Under the pieces are notes generated by a model. The model was not told the DNA's origin and searched no databases. It worked only from the letters and a program-made list of their open reading frames with translations. From Octopus sinensis (Eukaryota): a stretch of DNA of 64,000 nucleotides. Below are positions 1-12,018 of the stretch, piece after piece. The position numbers were made by a program, and so were the translations under genes. Location of the stretch: positions 102,300,001 through 102,364,000 of the forward strand of contig NC_043002.1 of NCBI RefSeq assembly GCF_006345805.1, read 5' to 3'. Each line of letters begins with the position of its first letter. The first letter of the stretch is position 1.

Positions 1-158
1 ATATATGCGTGTGTGTGAGTGTATTATATATATGTATGTTAATATAAAGAGTAAAGATAGAACTCAAAATATGAGTGCATGTATATTTTCATTAATATTT
101 AGCAGAAATTATAGAGCGACTTAACGCTCGAAACTCACTGACGTTTAGTCACTCTTTT

Positions 159-316
159 GCAGAAGTGGTTGTGTGGTAAGTAGCTTGCCCACCAACCACA
201 TGTTTCCGGGTTCAGTCCCACTGCGTAGTTACCTTGGACAAGTGTCATCTATCATAGCCTCAAGCCGAACAAAATCTTGTGAGTGGATTTGTACACGGAA
301 TCTGAAAGAACACGTC

Positions 317-369
<53 letters not shown>

Positions 370-590
370 ATATACATGTGTGTGTGTCTGTGTATGTTCT
401 TCCCCACCCCACCATCTTGACAACCAATGTTTGTGTGTTCACGTCCATGTAACTTAACGGTTGGGTAACAGAGATCGATAGAATAAGTGTTAGGCTTACA
501 AAGAATAAGTCGTGGTGTCGATTTGTTCGACTAAATGCGCTGCTCCATCATGGCCGAAGTCAAATGACTGAAACAAATACAAAAATAAAA
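159..590 (+). mobile_element. tRNA-derived SINE, family A (internal microsatellite, LINE-like tail)
   Basis: A-box-like gtggttgtgtggt and B-box-like gggttcagtccca, then ccttggacaagtg, an internal (TA)n(TG)n tract and a tail ending catggccgaagtcaaatgactgaaac. Homologous copies lie at about 7.1, 24.0, 31.8 and 45.2 kb. Confidence 0.9.
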
Positions 591-868
591 TAATATATGT
601 GTGGGTGTGTGTGGACGTCGCTACTATTGTGGCTAAGATACAGCTCTTAGCCAAAATAAAGCACTTACCTCAAGACTGACAAAGGAGGCGTGTTCCTTGC
701 CATGTCTTGCGCGAAGCCAGATCACCCGTGGTTTCACATTTTTATTAATGCTCGTCAGTGGCTCTTATCCAGCCTAGAAATTCTGGTGCTAACCAGTACA
801 CTCAATCGCTTTAGTGACGTCTATATTTCTGTCTTTCGGTCGTAAATTGCGAATAAGCTACATTTATC

Positions 869-917
<49 letters not shown>

Positions 918-918
<1 letters not shown>

Positions 919-1378
919 GGGAAATACGAATTCACTTGTCTATATAAAAGTGGATATGCTGATTAGCTTTTATATGTTCCGATGACGCTTGTTCGGAAAT
1001 ATAAGGGGTAAGTTTTCCTAGCATTTCTAGATTTATTTATCGGAATAATATATTGATAAAGGAAATGAGTCTTATGATTCTAATCCAGAAACGTACGTCC
1101 ATAATTAACCGAAGACTGTTTGATTTCATTATTTTTCTTCTTTTTTTGCCATATATTGTTACAAATATTGTCGTCTGTGAAGACATATTTTTGTAGAAAA
1201 AGGAAATAGTTGTCCTTTGGCTGCTATTTCTAAAATTTTCGGTATGTGGTCAAGCAACTGGCTGCAAAACCCTTATTGTTATAATTATATAAGTTTTTAC
1301 CGAATATGGTCCTTTTCCATACCGAAATACAACTAGGTGAAATTTGTTGATTTTATTAAATTAATTATCTTTCCCCCT
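918..1378 (+). mobile_element. Short (TA)n-flanked element with a degenerate hammerhead-like motif; probably Penelope pLTR-derived
   Basis: Bounded on both sides by (TA)n. Contains TTGATAA-agga...tcca-GAAAC-GTAC-GTC (1053-1099) and an atatggtcc motif resembling ones at about 43060 and 56890. Confidence 0.4.
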
Positions 1379-1381
1379 ATA

Positions 1382-1412
<31 letters not shown>

Positions 1413-1689
1413 GATGCATGTGTGTGCGTGTGTATATACATCTTGTCCTTGGCCACGTAATTTTGGTTTTCTCCTGAGAGTGTCTTCTTTTTGTCGACGC
1501 CCCTGATGCCCACCAAAGCCAATCTTCGCGTATAACAGTCAGGAAGAAACTAACACGGAATTTTCAGTAGATGGCGGTAATAGTTTGTTGTTGAATTCGT
1601 TTTAATTACATTCCTCACCAATTTCCCCGTTTCCTTGTCACTTCCAAATGATTGATTCACTAGTGTTAGGGAGACACCAATTAGAGACT

Positions 1690-2340
1690 TTCTAGGTTGA
1701 TTCCGTCGCATTTAACCCTATTCTACTCATACTTTCGTCTGGTTATTATAGGTCTTTTTATAGGAGTAGATACCTCGGCCCATTTCTTCTGTGATTAATT
1801 CACTGTAAATGATTTCACGTGGAAATCTATTTCATTTAGTCACATTTCCTAAATAGTCGATCCGGTCTTTCAACAAGTTTCGTTCAATGTTTCGAATGAT
1901 GGCTTTTTCTGGAACAAAACTGAAGGATATCAGATCTCCTCCTATGGAAGCAGAACATTTGTTGACAGAAATTATATAGATTGTTGACATTCCGATCCCA
2001 GGGTCCAGCTTCCACAAACGTCTACATATGTCGAGATTATAATTGCTTAACACAGAATCGGCGTCGTTATTTGCTGGCTTTGTATGTTCGGTTTTTAAAG
2101 GCTCGTTTTGCCGGATGGGTTCACAACTATTTATAGTACGTCTTTTCAGAAGTGTTTTACTTGGAAAGAATATTTGCGGATATGATATATGACTGATAAG
2201 TACAACTTGTGTATCAAGAATGGGGATATTGAAATCAGGGAAGTTGGTCATTGCAGCCAGTTGAGTGAGTACTTTAGTTTTCTTCATATACATTTGGAGG
2301 CCAAAGCGATTTTCGGCTCTAGAAAATATACATATTGATA
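1690..2340 (-). mobile_element. Degenerate RTE-clade LINE, RT C-terminal region
   Basis: The minus ORF reads FSRAENRFGLQMYMKKTKV... and, across the stop, RIDYLGNVTK*NRFPREIIYSELITEEMGRG..YKKTY. This parallels RTE motifs FGLTINxKKT and LRWxGHVxRM..RLPKxxxYxEL..GxR.RG. Confidence 0.7.
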
Positions 2341-2589
2341 TCTGGTGTGTGCAAAAAAAAAAAAAAGGAAATTGCTTTTTGTTATTTGTATAAGGTAACT
2401 CCGAAATCCGTTGGATTTTCTTAATCGATGAAATCAAAATTGGGTTATTTCAATTAGTGAGCCCTCAAAACAATATATGATATCAGCCCCTAGATTGCCA
2501 GAAAAAATAAAAGCAAAACCATTTTAGTGCAGACGAATATAAGATGTCTATAAGGGGAAGAATATAACCCAGCTTCATTCAACACATAA

Positions 2590-2990
2590 TCGACAAGTAT
2601 TCATAAACGATTTTTTTTTGCTGGCTAAAAATCCCATCTGAAAGCACAATCTGACATTCCAACGTCTTGAACCATTTCGGTGAAGCAGTTAGAGTAAGAG
2701 AATCACTAAAGATCCAACCGCGTGGCTTGTCTTCTTGCACCATTAAAATATCTTCCACGTTGCAGAAAATAAGGAAAAGTGATCACTGTTCGCCTTTGCT
2801 TTTGTTCGTCTTTGTTCGTCTTCTGTTCATCTTTGTTCGACCCCTGTTCGTCTTTGCATTGAAGCAGTTTGCAAGTTTCACGTATCAACAGTGTTGAAGA
2901 GGCAGGAGAAGCGTATTGAGATTCAGGAGGAAATTTTTCTACATTGTTCTTGGGAAGGTTTCAGAATATTCAACCAAAGAATAATCCAGT
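2590..2990 (-). pseudogene. Possible Mutator-like (MULE) transposase relic
   Basis: One minus frame gives EDILMVQED...LTLTASPKWFKTLECQIVLSDGIFSQQKKIVYEYLSI, loosely like the MULE first-D motif (DGTF....K.FYQLYTI). Similarity was judged by eye only. Confidence 0.25.
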
Positions 2991-3451
2991 GATGGAAAGC
3001 CATGCGATTTCGTGATACTTCATGATTCTCAGTTTCGTTACTTGAACATAGTAACAAAAGTTGCATTTCTAACTAGCTTTGAGTCTCTTTGACATTTACA
3101 ATAATCGAGATTTGAATGAAAAGTTTAGATTAGGGAAGTAATTAGCCACGCTTCAATCAGTGAAGAGGGTTTCTTGTCTCCTTTCGAAGATGATTCGTGA
3201 CTTCATAAAGTCTATGACATTTTAAAACTCATGAAATAACTTACGTTCAGCCATAATTGTTCCGAAAGATGTGAGACATTTCTTAATAATCTCTTGCTGT
3301 TGCGCGGATCGATTCAGCATTGCAGAGGCAGGTGAATGTGTGGGTGGGTAAGTGTGTGTATGCATAGGTGGATGTAAAGTGCAAGTTTCAGAGAAAATTA
3401 TGGAAATGATGTTTGGTCATAAAGCAATATGTAAAGAAGCTTAGAAATTTT

Positions 3452-3630
3452 TAAATATTGGTTTCAAATATTTTAACACAAGCGGTAGAAGCTAAGTTGA
3501 TTTCACTGACACTGGGCTCAACTGGAACTTGTTTTACCGGCCCCGAAGGTTGAAAGGCAATGTCGACTCCGGGACAAAATGCCGCTAAACATTTTACTCA
3601 CCGTGCTGACGATTCTGCCAGCTCACTGCT
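3452..3630 (-). mobile_element. SINE family B fragment
   Basis: The reverse complement matches the 7988-8222 copy (gagctggcagaatcgt...gtcgacattgcctttcaaccttcgggg). Confidence 0.75.
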
Positions 3631-3734
3631 TCGAAAACTTTTATATATTAATATGAAAATCTATTAAGAATTCTGATATGTAATGTACGGCACACCTTCG
3701 CGCAAACGTATGCAGTGATTCATATTGAAACTAT

Positions 3735-4145
3735 CAGGGGCAAAGATTTCATGGCTGCTATAACTGCTTGGGATAATATTGCAAGCAGTCGAGGACCACG
3801 AGGACACACTGAAACGGCAATGAAATTAAATGCGATGGGCGGAGGAAAATAACATGCAATTCAGCGCTGAGAATTTTCCAACACTCTTCTATCGGTTCTT
3901 AAATAGTTTGAAGTCGGAATCCACAGGATGAGGGAGTAGTGCTATTCCAAAATGAGAATCGGTGCGTGTCCTCGAAACTGACAGGACCAATGACGCATCA
4001 TTCCTTGTGCTTAATATTAAGATAGTAACACTGTATAGGGAAAAGACTGGCTGGATTCTGGGACCATTGAGAACCAGGCAAGAGAATATCACGCTGTTCC
4101 TCTGGAAAACATTTGTTCTGAGGCGCCTGAATTAAAGCTCCCAAC
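3735..4145 (+). mobile_element. Degenerate CR1-like LINE RT fragment
   Basis: Colinear similarity to 38350-38760 (ggcggaggaaaataacatgcaattcagc; ggctggattctgggaccattgagaacc; ctctggaaaacatttgttct). Confidence 0.75.
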
Positions 4146-4289
4146 CAAGGTCAATACCAAAGGTTAAACTCAATGCGGAGTTCGAGTTACTGCGACACTA
4201 ACAAAGAAAATTCACTCAGTGCAACAGACGAGTTACTGGGAGATGTTAAAAGAAGTGAGACGCCCACCACTAGAGACGAATGAAAGCTA

Positions 4290-4334
4290 TGTAGTAGTAA
4301 TAGTAGTAGTAGTTGTTGTAGTAGTTGTTGTAGT

Positions 4335-4378
<44 letters not shown>
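4290..4378. repeat. (TAG/TTG)n trinucleotide microsatellite
   Basis: Directly visible gtagtagta... run. Confidence 0.95.
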
Positions 4379-4797
4379 TGGAAGGTACTGGAAGGTCTAG
4401 CTCATAACCACCGAATTACGCAACACCATATTGTAGCAAAGATGTTGTTCTTTCTATTAGGATTAAAGACATAGAACAAGATGAACTTGATTTTTAAAGG
4501 CCCATACGGTTTTTTAACATTCAGCCAGAGTACTTCAGAGATCTACATGGTGTAAATGGGGAGCTACTGTGAGACACAGAAAGAGGTAGGAGTCTTTGAT
4601 TTTATGCATGTTTCTTCTTTAATATTGATTTTTCTGGTTTGTATATTTTATATCATTTAAGGTCGCATGCCTATTTCAATACCTTTCCAAAACATCTCAG
4701 AGATCGGAATGGTGTAAAGTTTTCAAAAGAAAACTCGACTTCTTAAAGTCCAAAGTCGCAGATGAACATACAAAGCAAGAAATTCAACGCACACACA

Positions 4798-4844
<47 letters not shown>

Positions 4845-4999
4845 GAGTATATTAAGTGATAAGTGTCGTCTACTCTCTGTATATATTTAGTGAGAATACT
4901 TCACAGTCATATAGGAACGCGTGCTCATGCAAAATATACAAACCAGAAAAATCAATATTAAAGAAGAAACACGCATAAAATCAAATATACCAAATATGA

Positions 5000-5185
5000 A
5001 AGGCAAAGTCGACCACAGTGGAATTTACTCTCAGAAAGTAAAGACCGACGAAATGCCGATTAGCATTTTTACCTGGATTGCTTCGGTTTGTGTCAGCTCT
5101 CTGCTTTCATGTGGAGTTCAATATTGGTTCCAATTTTTGGCGCAAGGCCTGCACTTTCGGGGAGGGGCTAAGGTGAGTCGGCCGT
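5000..5185 (-). mobile_element. Rearranged SINE family B fragments
   Basis: tgaaaggcaaagtcgacc...gaatttactctcagaa and atattggttccaatttttggcgcaaggcc match the reverse strand of family B. Confidence 0.6.
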
Positions 5186-6094
5186 CCATTCGTTCGTATA
5201 ACTGATTAGGGAACAAACCTTCTCGTAGTATACTTCGAACTTACACGCTTCTCCTACCGACTTTAGAAAATTTCTCAGTTACATAGCTTCTTCTGCGATA
5301 ACGATACATAACTTTATCCGGATGCGCAAACAACTCATAGTTGAGGAAGAATATGGAAACAGTAGGAGCAAAACTTATGGACATGCAGTATTCGAGAATT
5401 ATTTGCGTCACGAATGACGCATAGTTGCCCGGTAGTTTAGTTCCCATTTAGCTTTTAGTCAATAGTGTTTTGCCATTAAACAAAAATGAAGAAATAATAA
5501 TAATAGCGACAACAACAAAATAATTATAAGAGTTATAATAAACAAATAAATACATTAAAAACGTTCATATGAAAGAGAATATTTACGAGGGGTAAAAATT
5601 GCATCACAATGGCGATGAAATGGCGTCGGGAAAGATAGGGGAGTTAAAATAAACTAGAAACAGTTTGAACGCTAACTCACTAGGGAAGAGATAATTGAGT
5701 GATTAAAGCTGTTAGCAGCTGCTTCCTTAGGGGATTAAGATAATTCGAGGTTATTATATGTGAATATAAAACTATATTTGAAGACAATGAAGAAGAACGT
5801 TTGCTCATAGAGTTTTGGTGAGAAAAGTAGCAGATAAGAGCAAAATAATCAGAGGTAAAGTGAAATGTAATTAAAAGAACTGGCGGAAACCGATTCTGCA
5901 ATGGCGTCCGAGTAAAGATGTCATTATTTATAAGAGTTAATACAGTTTGGATGGCACTTTCAACACCATTGAATTTTTGACGCAATAGCGAATACATCGA
6001 TGCATTTCTGCTACGCCATCACGCTATTAAATACGCACACATTCGCGTATATACGTAAACATTTACAGCATATGTGTGTATGTATGTGTGTGAG

Positions 6095-6152
<58 letters not shown>

Positions 6153-6155
6153 ATA

Positions 6156-6342
6156 TGTGTGTGTGTGTGGCGGGGTAGAGTATATGTATATATGTGTGTG
6201 TGTGGCGGGGTAGAGTATATGTATATATGTGTGTGTGTGTGGCGGGGTAGAGTATATGTATATATGTGTGTGTGTGTGTGGCGGGGTAGAGTATATGTAT
6301 ATATGTGTGTGTGTGTGGCGGGGTAGAGTATATGTATATATG
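6156..6342. repeat. Minisatellite, 5 copies of (GT)n-GGCGGGGTAGAGTATATGTATATAT
   Basis: Five identical GGCGGGGTAGAGTATATG cores separated by variable (GT)n. Confidence 0.95.
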
Positions 6343-6777
6343 TCCGTGTGTGTGTGTGTGTGCGCCTGTGAATATGCTTGTGTGTTCCTACTAGATATTA
6401 AAAATAAAAATGGAAAATTATACGCCATCAAAAGCTTGTTTATTAAAGTATTATCGTAGCGAGAATAAATTCAGTTTAAATAGCACAGATATAAAGTGAA
6501 GCTATTGCATAGAAGAGTGTAATAAACAAGCTTTTGAGGATGGATGATTCTATATACTAGTTTTAATGTGCTGAATTTACAATCTGCAAAATATATAAAA
6601 TCATGAACTCATGATTTACCTATCGGATGCAACCCTTAAGGAATTTCCCGTTGTTCCATGGGATTCGATGTGGTTAGTCAGAACCTGGAATATACTAGAC
6701 TACTTGTAAGGTAACCGGTTGGATTGAAAATCCCCAATCCTGTGTTATGTACACACACACTGACACACACACGTACA

Positions 6778-6835
<58 letters not shown>

Positions 6836-7081
6836 CATACATACATGTATGTATATATAACGGTAAAGTCACACATCGGTCATAAATGATCTTGGGGTTG
6901 CACCTCTCCGGTGCACAATTCCAGGCAAGGTCGCTTATGGTTTATGGAAGATCAGCAGTCACCCATCCACACCGCCTCCCCTATCCACACCACCGATGCT
7001 CTCCCAGATAAAAGCAAGGACCGTTACAGCTTGGCACCATTGACGTAAAATTTTCGTAACAAGGAAGCATATATACTTTTT

Positions 7082-7291
7082 TATTCTTTTACTTGTTTCA
7101 GTTATTTGACTGAGGCCATGCTAGAGCACCGCCGCCTTTAGTCAAACAAATCAGCCTCAGGACTTATTTTTTTCTAAGCCTAGTATTCTATTGGAGTCCT
7201 TTGACGAAACGCTACGTTACGGGGACATAAGCGCACTAACATTGGTTGTTAAGCTATTGTGGTGTTGGTAGCAACCACAGACACGCACCCC

Positions 7292-7342
<51 letters not shown>

Positions 7343-7497
7343 TACGACGGGCTTCTTTCAGTTTCTGTCTACCAAATACATTCACAAGGCTTTGGTCGGC
7401 CCGTGGCTATAACAGAAGACACTTGGTCAAGGTGCTACGCAGTGAGACTGCACCTGGTTGCTAAGCAAGCTATTTACCACATTGCCACTCCTGCGCC
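7082..7497 (-). mobile_element. SINE family A, full length
   Basis: Reverse complement of the family A tail (ttttacttgtttcagttatttgactgaggccatgctagagcaccgcc), internal (TA)n, and head (...accacattgccactcctgcgcc). Confidence 0.9.
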
Positions 7498-7987
7498 TAT
7501 GTATAAACATTTCCATTTTCATCCCCTGGTTTAGGAAAGGGTTTCAATTTAATGAAAAATCACCAACGCATTGACACTTTTGGTAAGAATATGGAAATGG
7601 AATTCTTCGTAACTAAAAGAAAAAAAAACTGTATCTAACCAGTTTAATTAATAAATCCTTATATCCGATTCTAAATATTTCGTATTATTCCATAACATTT
7701 AATACTATAAATTCTGCGTTTAGGAAATTGGAAAAAAGAATCGAAAATGCTAGGATAAATATTACCATGTGGTATTTCGGTGCCTCTTGATAGTGTCTGT
7801 GCTAATCTATCGTGAGAGTCGACGTTGCTTCTATGACAATAGAGAAATTACGATAGTTGCCCATTAACGCTGCCCTCTAAGAAATATACCAACGCCAACG
7901 GATCTTCAAATATACTCTTAAGCATAATGCTTCATATTGCATCGGATAAAGTACTTTAATACATATAGTTACAAGTTATATGGTCTA

Positions 7988-8222
7988 AGGCAGCGAGCTG
8001 GCAGAAACGTTAGCACGCCGGGCGAAATGCGTAGCCGTATTTCGTCTGGCGTTACGTTCTGAGTTCAAATTACGCTGAGGTCGATTTGTCTTTCATCCTT
8101 TCGGGGTCGATAAATTAAGTACCAGTTACGTACAGAGGTCGATATAATCGACTTAATCCGTTTGTCTGTCCTTGTTTGTCTTCTCTGTGTTTAGCCCCTT
8201 GTGGGTAGTAAATAAATAGGTT
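7988..8222 (+). mobile_element. tRNA-derived SINE, family B (Deu/Nin-domain-like core)
   Basis: Head gagctggcagaaacgttagc...gagttcaaatt, then gaggtcgatttgtctttcatcctttcggggtcgataaattaagtaccag, which resembles the Deu/Nin SINE domain as I recall it. Confidence 0.85.
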
Positions 8223-8879
8223 ATATGGTCTTTAATTGAAATCACGCGGATATGACTAATACCTCCGCCATATGTATGTCTTAATTTTAAATTAATATCA
8301 AATGTATTTCGAAGGAAATTATTTAGAGATCCAATTCTTCCTGGATATATCTTCCAGGGGAAAAAATTACAAATAAAATACAAATCAACAGACTACGTGT
8401 ACCTGGCCTTAACATTACCAGAGATTCATCCATATGCTATAGATTATTAGTAATATGGTTTAAAATTAATTAAACCTGCGCTTCCATCAATGTTCACACT
8501 CCATCGAAAACTCTATATGGCTAGAGATGACATATAAACATAAAGCAAGCTTAAAATAGGAAGTGCATTATAGTTATATAAACCTATATGCAAATATATT
8601 ATTTTCTAAATTCCCAGCTGTATCGTAAACTCATTAAATGTTTCACCCTTTGATCGTCCTTCTTAAATATTATGTCAAATGCATCTAAATAGAAATATAA
8701 CATCGTATTAGTATTTTGTGAAGTAGAATTTGAATTAGATATATTTACATTCGGCTCCATACCTACTGAATATCCACTTTTTTCTTTCCTCTCCCCCTTT
8801 TTACCTCTTTTTCTTCTTTTTTCATTTTTCTTTTCCTTTTTCTTTTTTTTTCTTTTCCTTTTTCTTTCTTTTCTTTTTT

Positions 8880-9010
8880 TTGTTCTTTTTTCCCTTTTAC
8901 GATCCCTTTTGATCGAAAACCTACGCCTTTTTTTTTCTCCCCCAAAAGAAAAGCTCTACCTTGTAACTTGTCCCATCTGTGTGCAGCCCTGTGTGGCCAA
9001 TAAAGACACT
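8880..9010 (+). mobile_element. 3' terminus of a retroposon (probably an L1/Tx1-like LINE 3' UTR)
   Basis: Near-identical to 47900-48012 (acgatccctttgatcgaaaa...aaaagaaaagctctaccttgtaa..tgtgcagccctgtgtggc.aataaaga). Ends in AATAAA followed by (TATC)n. Confidence 0.6.
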
Positions 9011-9113
9011 TATCTATCTATCTATCTATCTACCTACCTACCTACCTACCTACCTACCTACCTATCTATCTACCTACCTATCTACCTATCTATCTATCTA
9101 TCTATCTACCTAC

Positions 9114-9156
<43 letters not shown>

Positions 9157-9472
9157 TCTGTCTGTCTACCAATATGTCTATCTATCTATCTATTGTCTGT
9201 CTATCTATCTATTTGTCTGTCTACCTGTCTGTCTACCTGTCTATCTACCTGTCTACCTGTCTATCTATCTGTCTACCTGTCTATCTATCTGTCTACCTGT
9301 CTGTGTATCTATCTATCTATCTATCTGTGTGTGTCTGTCTGTCTGCCTGCCTGCCTGCCTGCCTATTTACCTAGCTAACTTTATTAATTTGTTTGTATGT
9401 CTCTTTGTCTCAATCCCTCTGCCTATCGGCTGTCTGTCTGTCTCTCCCTTTATCTATCTATCTATCTATCTA
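9011..9472. repeat. Compound (TATC)/(TACC)/(TGTC)n tetranucleotide microsatellite
   Basis: Directly visible; it accounts for ORFs 8909-9601, 8979-9374 and 9193-9378. Confidence 0.95.
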
Positions 9473-10099
9473 TGTAACGAAATCTCAATTTCTCACTTTT
9501 TCGCCAACTTTTTTATACTCTCGTTCTTACGTTCGCCATCTTTTACTTTCCATACCGTACCAAAACCGTCTCTAACTTTAACTAGACACTATCTCATCTG
9601 AATTATCTAACATGGCCTATTCGTTGTTGTTTCAAATCTCATAACATCTTCATACATATTCCTGTCACTCACTCAGGCAATTAGTTCAGTCAAAACACAA
9701 CTTCCTCATCCGCCTTGCAGCACAAATCCAAACCCAATTTCATGTTTTCCCATTATTTGAGGCCGATGTTGACAATGTGTTTAAACGTTCCGTAGACTAC
9801 GTCTTAAATATATGTAGAAGATACGTCGTTTCTAACAAAAATAGGAAGGAACGTATTAAATTATCTCGTTTCGACTGTAATTCTGGTTTTGACTGGATGT
9901 TCGGATGAATGCAAGTTTCCAATGCTCAGAACAATTAAAGTAATCTTTAAGAGACCATATTGCCAAGGACGATAGTGTGTCATGTCAACTGAACTATGAT
10001 CAAAGATGTTCCAGTTGTATCTATCCTATATTGGTTTTATATTTTGTGTATATCTCGAATGCGTCTTCCTTTCATAAGACGGAAAGTTGAAATTATTGG

Positions 10100-10650
10100 T
10101 ATACTTGAACGCAAGTCTAGCATTCCGAGCGTTGCAATATTAGCTCTAAGTTTCGGAATAAATCAGAAATGGGAGATAATTGTTTAAGTTTATAGTTGTC
10201 TGAGGTTTTAAACGGACACAAACTGTTAATCGAAGAATTGTGCATTCTTTGTAAAGTGGATTCACAGATTGTGCCATAGAACACGCTGTACCACCACTTT
10301 CGTACGATGTACAATAGGTCGAAGATATCTTTCCTGAATGCAGTTTATAATCAAAGAATGCAAATAATGTTTTATTAAGAACAGAGTAGGAATCTAATAG
10401 AGATCAAATATATAAAGAAAAATAATTTCTTGGAGCTGAAATATATTGCATTTTCGAAATAGAAATTCAGCCGTTGAGAGACAGGCATGGCAATGTGTGA
10501 TCTTGTATTTGAGGTTTGGCCACCATGCAGTTCCGACTGATCATATACATAATCAAAGAATATTCCAGTCATCAACAATGAATCTTAGATTTTGCTCAGT
10601 ATTACTCCATTCATAAAAACTGAAGGCGTCTTTCAAAACAGAGACGTAGA
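10100..10650 (-). pseudogene. Possible L1/Tx1-like LINE endonuclease relic
   Basis: Broken minus frames give LRFIVDDWNIL (compare APE GDWNAxLD) and, downstream, TAFRKDIFDLLYIVRKWWYS (compare FRDRI...NRWW). Many stops and frameshifts. Confidence 0.3.
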
Positions 10651-12018
10651 GCAGTTGCTGTTTCTAGCCTGTCTAGTTACCAGGTAATATGATCACACGC
10701 TTTTGTCTGTGGATATGTATCGTTAAACAAAACTTGATTGAATTTGCAAGTCTGCCTTTATAGAAGTTAAATCTACATTGAGACAGATGTCTAAGTTCCG
10801 TAAGAAGGAAAACAATTCCGAATGTGTCACGTACATAAATGATGATTTGTCACTTCATTTCATTATCCGATATTTCTTCGGGAAATATCGGATTTCAATG
10901 ACATCTGATATTTCAAATACAATAGATTCTTGTAAACAATACTTTAACGAACATCTTTCATAAAATGAAGATTTCTTAAGGGGAACATATGTTTTGTAAC
11001 GAAACCTGGCAAAGTATTTGATCTAAAGGACAAATATATGGAGAGATTATATCAAGACTGAGCGGCAAGTTATTTTATTCATTTACAGGCTTCAGTCGTT
11101 GCACTGTGAAACGTGGAGGCATTCAACTTCAATGAGATTTTATTGATTATATCGACCTTTGTATTTTGTATGGAATATATGATTACTTTTATGTTGAGTT
11201 ATTTTATGTAATATGAGTTATAGAAAGTAAAAGCATAAAGGACATAAATGGGATAACGCAGTTATAATTTGATATACCTGTGGCCCCGTGCCGTCAAAAA
11301 TAACGGCTAATTGTTGTATTTTACATATAAATATGGAGGGTAAATCAAATTAATACACCTGTCAATATTATGTAGTGGTTGTCATTTTGAGATGTGACAT
11401 CGATCATCGTTTGTTACTGAAATAATGCTGGTTCACACCTACATTCACATACTTCCCTTGTACACGCACGCACATGCACACACATACACACACAGTCGAA
11501 ACGCTGTTTGATTTTTCTTTCATCACACTTCTATTGCACACACACGCTCACACATACTCACACAGACACACGTGCACAAACCCCCTTTTTACATACACAC
11601 ATTTATGTACTCACACAGTTGAAACGCCCCCACTGCAAGTTTGTCATCACACCTTCCTTCCTTATTCATCTATCACTCTTTCCTATCTCATATGTTGTGA
11701 CTGAGAAAAACACAAGAGTATTATTATTGTAGATTTGACCATCCATTGCCTACACACAAACTTATATACACATTCACGTACATACAAATATAGTATGAAA
11801 CACAAAAGTATACACACATATTGATATAGAGAATTAAATACATCAGTTCCCGGCCATACGTAACGTCCGGACGTCTATATTTACCAGCTTGTAAACGGTT
11901 TTTAGAATGCCTAATGGCATCAGGCAATATCTATATGTCTTTCGACATATGCAAGCTAATTAAATTTCATTTCGCAGGTTAATCCAATTGACATTTTACT
12001 AATTATAGCTCTTCAAAC

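Noticed and set aside
630-672. Short matches to U1 (acttacct) and U2 (ttttggctaaga) snRNA starts
   Set aside because: The matches are 12 nt or less and do not continue into snRNA structure.
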